This document shows, piece after piece, positions 59,492 to 64,000 of a stretch of DNA of 64,000 nt (positions are counted from its first letter, which is position 1; each line of letters begins with the position of its first letter). The stretch is from Candidatus Poribacteria bacterium. Lineage in GTDB: Bacteria; Poribacteria; WGA-4E; WGA-3G. Position numbers and translations under genes: made by a program. Location: NCBI GenBank assembly GCA_965198235.1, contig OZ240248.1, forward strand, positions 2,688,001-2,752,000, read 5' to 3'. The notes beneath the pieces are model-generated. The model saw only the letters and a program-made list of their open reading frames with translations. It searched no databases and was not told the DNA's origin.

Positions 59492-60874
59492 TTAAACGGA
59501 TCGCAAAATGTTTTGAATTTCACGCGCCTGTTTTTCGGATACATTAGCTGGCGCGTAAACTTGAACGGTTTCTAAGGAAGAGGCTTTAGTGGCGGGTCTC
59601 ACGAAAAACAGCTCACCCGCGTACTCAGTCAGAAACTCTAGGACCTGTTGTTTTTCGTCGAAAATCATAATTGCTTCTGGATTCGGTGCCTCCGTTTGAC
59701 TGACATAATTCAGATCTCGAATTGGAGGCTTCTTGATAATGACATAATCGGCATCAATGCCAAGGTGTTCTGCGATCTCTTGTTCATATTCACCTTTCCG
59801 AATTGGATCCGCCGCCATTTCACGAAGACCTTCATGAACCATTCCATCCCTCTCGTCTTTAAACCTGATCTCGGTAATCATTTTGAAGAGTTCCCGATTA
59901 TAAAGCTGATTAAAGATCTCACGTGCTTTTTCTTGCTTGCAGTTCCTCAAAAGTTCAATCATTTTCTCATCATGATAGTCGAGATAGTTTTGAACGAAAT
60001 CTTTTTTCTTTTTTTCATAATTTTCATTGGAATCCCTTCTACTTTTTTTAGGGTATTTGTAAAGTTTGGTCATTTGCCTATTGCGACCATCAATTGCAAG
60101 CGTAATTCCACGAATAATCATCTCATTGGAAATGAGGCTGACTCGGTGCCAATAAACCTGCTGTGTCATGTGATATCGCGCGAGTAGGAGCTGTTCAAGG
60201 GCATAAATTCCTTTACTACTAATCGCAAGCGGTGTTTCTCGACGATCTACTATAAGACAGGACTCAATAAGTTTTTCCAAATCGTATTGTCCATATTTGA
60301 CACCGGCAAAATAAGAATCGCGTAAAAGATAGTCCATTTTATCCGCGTCTAACTCACTGGAGACAATATCGCGATGCCAGTCTCGGATTTTTTTACTTCC
60401 TTCAATGATTTCTACTACAAAATCAAGATCTCTGTCCAGAATTTCACTGATTTTCGGATCTGTTTGAATGATATTTACCGTGATTTTCTCGTGTATTTTT
60501 TCCAGGTTCTGCCCTGTATCGGCATCTGTCGGTGCGTATTTATCCAAAAGATGCTCGGAAACATGACTAAAAGGGCCGTGCCCCACATCATGAAGCAACG
60601 CCGCAAGTCGAATCCGATCCACGTCTTCATCCGATACTCTCGTTGAATTTAACTCCTGAAGCCTCTGGCAAATTCGTCCGGCGATGTGCATGACCCCAAT
60701 TGAATGGTCAAACCGTGTATGCACGGCACCCGGATACACCAAAAATGTCATCGCTAATTGTCGAATCCGATGAAGCCGTTGAAACACTTGGGTATCAATT
60801 AGTTGTTTCTCTTTTTCAGAAAGTTTGATAAACCCGTGAATTGGGTCTCGTATTTCGTGGGGACGTTCTGTCAT
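59492..60874 (-). CDS. HD-domain dNTP triphosphohydrolase-like protein (SAMHD1/YwfO-like)
   Basis: RDPIHG, FQRL..I.QL, HTRFDHS.G, LLHD.GHGPFSH, HE, DADKMDYL.RD, QVY.H. Confidence 0.88.
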   Translation of the reverse strand: MTERPHEIRDPIHGFIKLSEKEKQLIDTQVFQRLHRIRQLAMTFLVYPGAVHTRFDHSIGVMHIAGRICQRLQELNSTRVSDEDVDRIRLAALLHDVGHGPFSHVSEHLLDKYAPTDADTGQNLEKIHEKITVNIIQTDPKISEILDRDLDFVVEIIEGSKKIRDWHRDIVSSELDADKMDYLLRDSYFAGVKYGQYDLEKLIESCLIVDRRETPLAISSKGIYALEQLLLARYHMTQQVYWHRVSLISNEMIIRGITLAIDGRNRQMTKLYKYPKKSRRDSNENYEKKKKDFVQNYLDYHDEKMIELLRNCKQEKAREIFNQLYNRELFKMITEIRFKDERDGMVHEGLREMAADPIRKGEYEQEIAEHLGIDADYVIIKKPPIRDLNYVSQTEAPNPEAIMIFDEKQQVLEFLTEYAGELFFVRPATKASSLETVQVYAPANVSEKQAREIQNILRSV

Positions 60875-60881
60875 TGTTATA

Positions 60882-60910
60882 ATTATACCATTATTTGTTG
60901 AGTAATGCAA
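60882..60910 (-). promoter_or_regulatory. Internal promoter, probably giving a leaderless HD-gene mRNA
   Basis: TTGCAT-17-TATAAT with TGn; exactly 7 nt between -10 and ATG; no RBS. Confidence 0.7.
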
Positions 60911-60911
60911 A

Positions 60912-61691
60912 TTAATTTTCGTGATTTTCAGATTTTTCTCGGGTTACGGCATATTCATAAAATCCATACAGGACCGTGTTGCGATAATACCTAAGGAGCC
61001 TTTTATACATGTAAAAAAATAGGAAAACTAATAGAAAACTAACTCCAGTCAAGATAGTAACGGACCACTTGGTAGATTCAGACGAAATCCATAGATGAAT
61101 ACCTCGCGCCAAGAACCCAAGTGTTGCCAAGACAGATATGGACATCATCAGTTTAGCAGACTCATGCCTAGAAAACAACACAAAAGCGCGTGAATAAAGG
61201 GCAGGACTTTGCTTAATGAGAATACTACGACAAAAATCGAAAATCTCCGTGTATTCCACATCCCTTTTTATTTTATTCACCCTAATTGTGAAAATTTCTT
61301 CAATCTGATTCTTAAACTGGCATACAAACTGGTCTGAATATGGATTGAAATCTTCTGAGGAATCCCTAAACTCAGGTTTGAATAGTCCCTTCATAAACCA
61401 TCCACTATCTGTATGCAATTTTTTTAACCATTTCCATTTGGACGCAGACTTAAAGAATGCTTCGCTGCCTCCATGGATTATGAAACCCATAAGATAACCT
61501 GCAAACATGAAAAGAATACCTTGAGCCACGGTGGTTGGTAGGTAATGTGCTAAACCGTTTGTTGCATCGTTCGGTGAATGCTTCAGAATGCCAGGATTGA
61601 TCAGAATAAGGACGATAACCATCACAACGACTCCTGGTAAAGTATACCCCAAGAAATCATACAGACTAAACGGAATTCGCACCAATTTCAC
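60912..61691 (-). CDS. Hypothetical 4-TM membrane protein
   Basis: FSLYDFLGY.LPG start, 2+2 hydrophobic helices, GAGG RBS. Confidence 0.7.
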   Translation of the reverse strand: MKLVRIPFSLYDFLGYTLPGVVVMVIVLILINPGILKHSPNDATNGLAHYLPTTVAQGILFMFAGYLMGFIIHGGSEAFFKSASKWKWLKKLHTDSGWFMKGLFKPEFRDSSEDFNPYSDQFVCQFKNQIEEIFTIRVNKIKRDVEYTEIFDFCRSILIKQSPALYSRAFVLFSRHESAKLMMSISVLATLGFLARGIHLWISSESTKWSVTILTGVSFLLVFLFFYMYKRLLRYYRNTVLYGFYEYAVTREKSENHEN

Positions 61692-61731
61692 CTCTCAAAA
61701 ACGAATCTGTTTTACCAATGGGTTTTACGAA

Positions 61732-63414
61732 TCACTCGCCGAAGATGTCTTCGTGCAGATCCTCATAGACTTTCATGCCGGGTTGAATACGCGGGGCAAG
61801 TATATCCATCATGAAACTTTCCTTGGTGTTTCCTAAGTTGGCTGATTTTAAAATTTTTTGGGCAGCACCGTGAATAGGCTGAACAATAGATTTCAGATTA
61901 TCAGATGATTTTAATTTATTTTTTTGAAGGGCATCTTGTTTTGCAGCAAGTAAATCTTCAACTTTATCAGGCTCGTCGTGGTCTTCACACAACTTCGTTA
62001 GTACCTCGTCATCAAGCAGGTAACTTTCAATGGTTTTCCGTGATAAAGTGCGGATACCTTTTTTCGCGTTTCTTTTTATTTCGTCGTCCGTTGCTTTATC
62101 CCGATCTACGATCCCGATAACCTTCGCACTCTTCGCAATTTTCTCAAGTGCAAGATTCGCTGCTGTTACAGACTTGTCTACGTTGCTTCGCGCCCCCAGA
62201 GAAACAAAACGAACTTCAGGGTACTGTTCCTTAAAGATGTTCCTATAGCATTCTTCATCAAACTCTTCGCCCTCACAGAACGCCGTCCTTGCGGTTATCA
62301 CTAATTCAGCGAGGTCGCCGAGAGCAACTTCATAGGTACGTGCCCAGAAATCTGGATCTGGCGTAATAGGTCTGAGCGTTACTTGCTCATCAAAATCGTG
62401 ACTACTGAAATCAAGAAATACGACTGAATCAGGATCTTCGCGCCAGAGGTCTTGTGCCTTGCGGACCATGCCGATGGAATGCGTAGCAATCCAGAGTTGG
62501 GATTTAGGAGAAATAAGGTTGTAGAGTTCCTCAAGAAGTTGTCCCTGAAGTTTCGTATGGATATGGGCTTCTGGTTCGTCAATGCAAATTATCATCTCAT
62601 CGTCCTCAGTCTTCGTGACGATAACATCCAGAAGCAAGTCCAACGCAGCCTTCTCACCGCTTGCCAGATTCTGATATGTAAACCTCTCACTTGTCCCCTT
62701 ATCAAATTCAAAAAGGTCACCATCTGTGGGATGTCCAAGGCTTCTTAAAACTAATGGTGGATCGGTAAATAGTCTACGCATTGCGTCCCGGAGTTCACCA
62801 AGAATTTCGTTTTGAAGATCGGTTAAATTTTGGTCACTTTCTCCAATTTTTGAACTACGTTCTAGCCATTGAGAAGCCAAATACCGACAGTTTAATGCAA
62901 AAGTATCATCGTTCTCCATGAGCCGAACAAGTGGGTGTTCCTGCAATGGATCATGTCTGCTAACAACGGGACGCTGAGTCACTGAATAATTCCTATACGC
63001 AGAACGGACATGCACACTTTTTCCCCAGTCGTGGCCGCCCCTTAACTCTTTACCATGAAATTTTATAATTAAATATTCGTATAAATCGTATAACTGGTTA
63101 ATAGACATAGCATTAAAATAAGAGAACCTTCTGTCATTTGAAGTTTGATTTAAGGATCCATAGTGAGAATAACGATGTCTCTTTTTATCAGGTTTGAAAT
63201 AGTACTCCAGAAGTTGGTAATAGTCATCCGATATCCCCACTTGACGAATGACATCAGTGTCACAGTCCTGTAGTTTTAGGGCATCAAACACCGAAGACTT
63301 ACCACATCCATTCGGACCTATCATTACCACGAGTTTTGCCGTTTCAGGTAATCTTTCAACAGTCAAATCCGTAAAACGTTTGAAATCTTTTAGTTTAATG
63401 GATTTTATCTTCAT
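61732..63414 (-). CDS. ABC-type ATPase with C-terminal TOPRIM-like domain (OLD/DUF4435-like)
   Basis: GPNGCGKS, LASGE, IDEPE.H.H, ATHS; FCEG...D, VDRD, IESYL. Confidence 0.8.
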   Translation of the reverse strand: MKIKSIKLKDFKRFTDLTVERLPETAKLVVMIGPNGCGKSSVFDALKLQDCDTDVIRQVGISDDYYQLLEYYFKPDKKRHRYSHYGSLNQTSNDRRFSYFNAMSINQLYDLYEYLIIKFHGKELRGGHDWGKSVHVRSAYRNYSVTQRPVVSRHDPLQEHPLVRLMENDDTFALNCRYLASQWLERSSKIGESDQNLTDLQNEILGELRDAMRRLFTDPPLVLRSLGHPTDGDLFEFDKGTSERFTYQNLASGEKAALDLLLDVIVTKTEDDEMIICIDEPEAHIHTKLQGQLLEELYNLISPKSQLWIATHSIGMVRKAQDLWREDPDSVVFLDFSSHDFDEQVTLRPITPDPDFWARTYEVALGDLAELVITARTAFCEGEEFDEECYRNIFKEQYPEVRFVSLGARSNVDKSVTAANLALEKIAKSAKVIGIVDRDKATDDEIKRNAKKGIRTLSRKTIESYLLDDEVLTKLCEDHDEPDKVEDLLAAKQDALQKNKLKSSDNLKSIVQPIHGAAQKILKSANLGNTKESFMMDILAPRIQPGMKVYEDLHEDIFGE

Positions 63415-64000
63415 TCATCATCCTCCGCATCCTCAACACCATAAAGCAGGGACACTTCCTTATCTAATTTCTTTTTAAGGCGAGATACCTTTCTCTCAAG
63501 GCCTTTCCTCTTGACATTGAGAATCTTATCAACCAATTCAACGATTGGAGCTTGCTGTTCAGGCGATACATCCGGAATCGGCAGCCGCTTCCAGTCATCA
63601 GGGTATATATGGATATTGCTCCGCCGATTTGCCCTTAAAAAATCACAAGCAGCAGTTGAATTCATCACACCAAGCAAAAATTTTAGAGCAAATCGACGAC
63701 TTGTTTTTTCAAGTTCTTCTCGTTGAGGTAGATCCGGATGAAATTTCTCATCACGATAGCGGGCCTGCTTTTGAATGGATTGATTCTTGGTGCCAGATAA
63801 ATCGTGCCAAAGAATAAAACCAACGCTACTTGGTGTAAAAATTAGGTGCTGGTTGTCATAACAAGCTTTCGGATCCGATCCAGGGCTGCGTTGTACGAGA
63901 ATTTTCTCATCAATCTCATACATTTCCGGAAACGTCGGAGCATAGAATTTTGAAGGAGCACGTTCCGACCCCCACTCGATCCACAGATTGGTTAATGGAA
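63411..64000 (-). CDS. C-terminus of a type IIG/Eco57I-like R-M or methyltransferase protein (TaqI_C-like TRD), 5'-truncated
   Basis: Frame open to the window edge; KFLLG.MNS, LPIP....EQQ..I..LVD.IL, LD..V..LYG. Confidence 0.75.
   Translation of the reverse strand, partial: PLTNLWIEWGSERAPSKFYAPTFPEMYEIDEKILVQRSPGSDPKACYDNQHLIFTPSSVGFILWHDLSGTKNQSIQKQARYRDEKFHPDLPQREELEKTSRRFALKFLLGVMNSTAACDFLRANRRSNIHIYPDDWKRLPIPDVSPEQQAPIVELVDKILNVKRKGLERKVSRLKKKLDKEVSLLYGVEDAEDDE

Overview
Bacterial chromosome segment, probably Candidatus Poribacteria-like (inferred from a secreted protein ending in the AVxPxGKLATTWGxLK tail, a DUF6785-like membrane protein and dense REP/MITE-like intergenic repeats). Positions 1-25 kb hold metabolic and housekeeping genes (aldehyde dehydrogenase, dipeptidase, ABC/MFS transporters, minCDE, larA, bioD) plus sulfatase and katG remnants. 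Positions 25.6-50.1 kb are a defence island. It starts with a type I R-M locus with cassettes inserted at the 5' ends of hsdS and hsdR, then a WYL regulator. Next is an atypical type I-D-like CRISPR-Cas operon (Cas10d-like subunit with no HD domain and an internal Cas11 start, Csc2-like Cas7, Cas5, stand-alone HD nuclease, Cas3' helicase, Cas6, Cas4-Cas1 fusion, Cas2) and a 57-repeat array. The rest contains hflKC, yjjX, an IS4 element and the end of a second defence cluster (type IIG-like R-M, OLD-like ATPase, membrane protein, SAMHD1-like HD protein plus YwgA-like partner). Best novelty candidates: (1) a tandem pair of covarying 99-nt structured units with their own promoter, divergent from the cas operon; (2) the split Cas10d/HD architecture; (3) a QLSLF sliding-clamp motif in frame behind the Cas3' stop codon; (4) 29-45-nt micro-elements nested inside REP hairpins and inside themselves; (5) an IS4 flanked by a 19-bp hairpin duplication. 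All assignments come from reading motifs by eye; no database searches were run.
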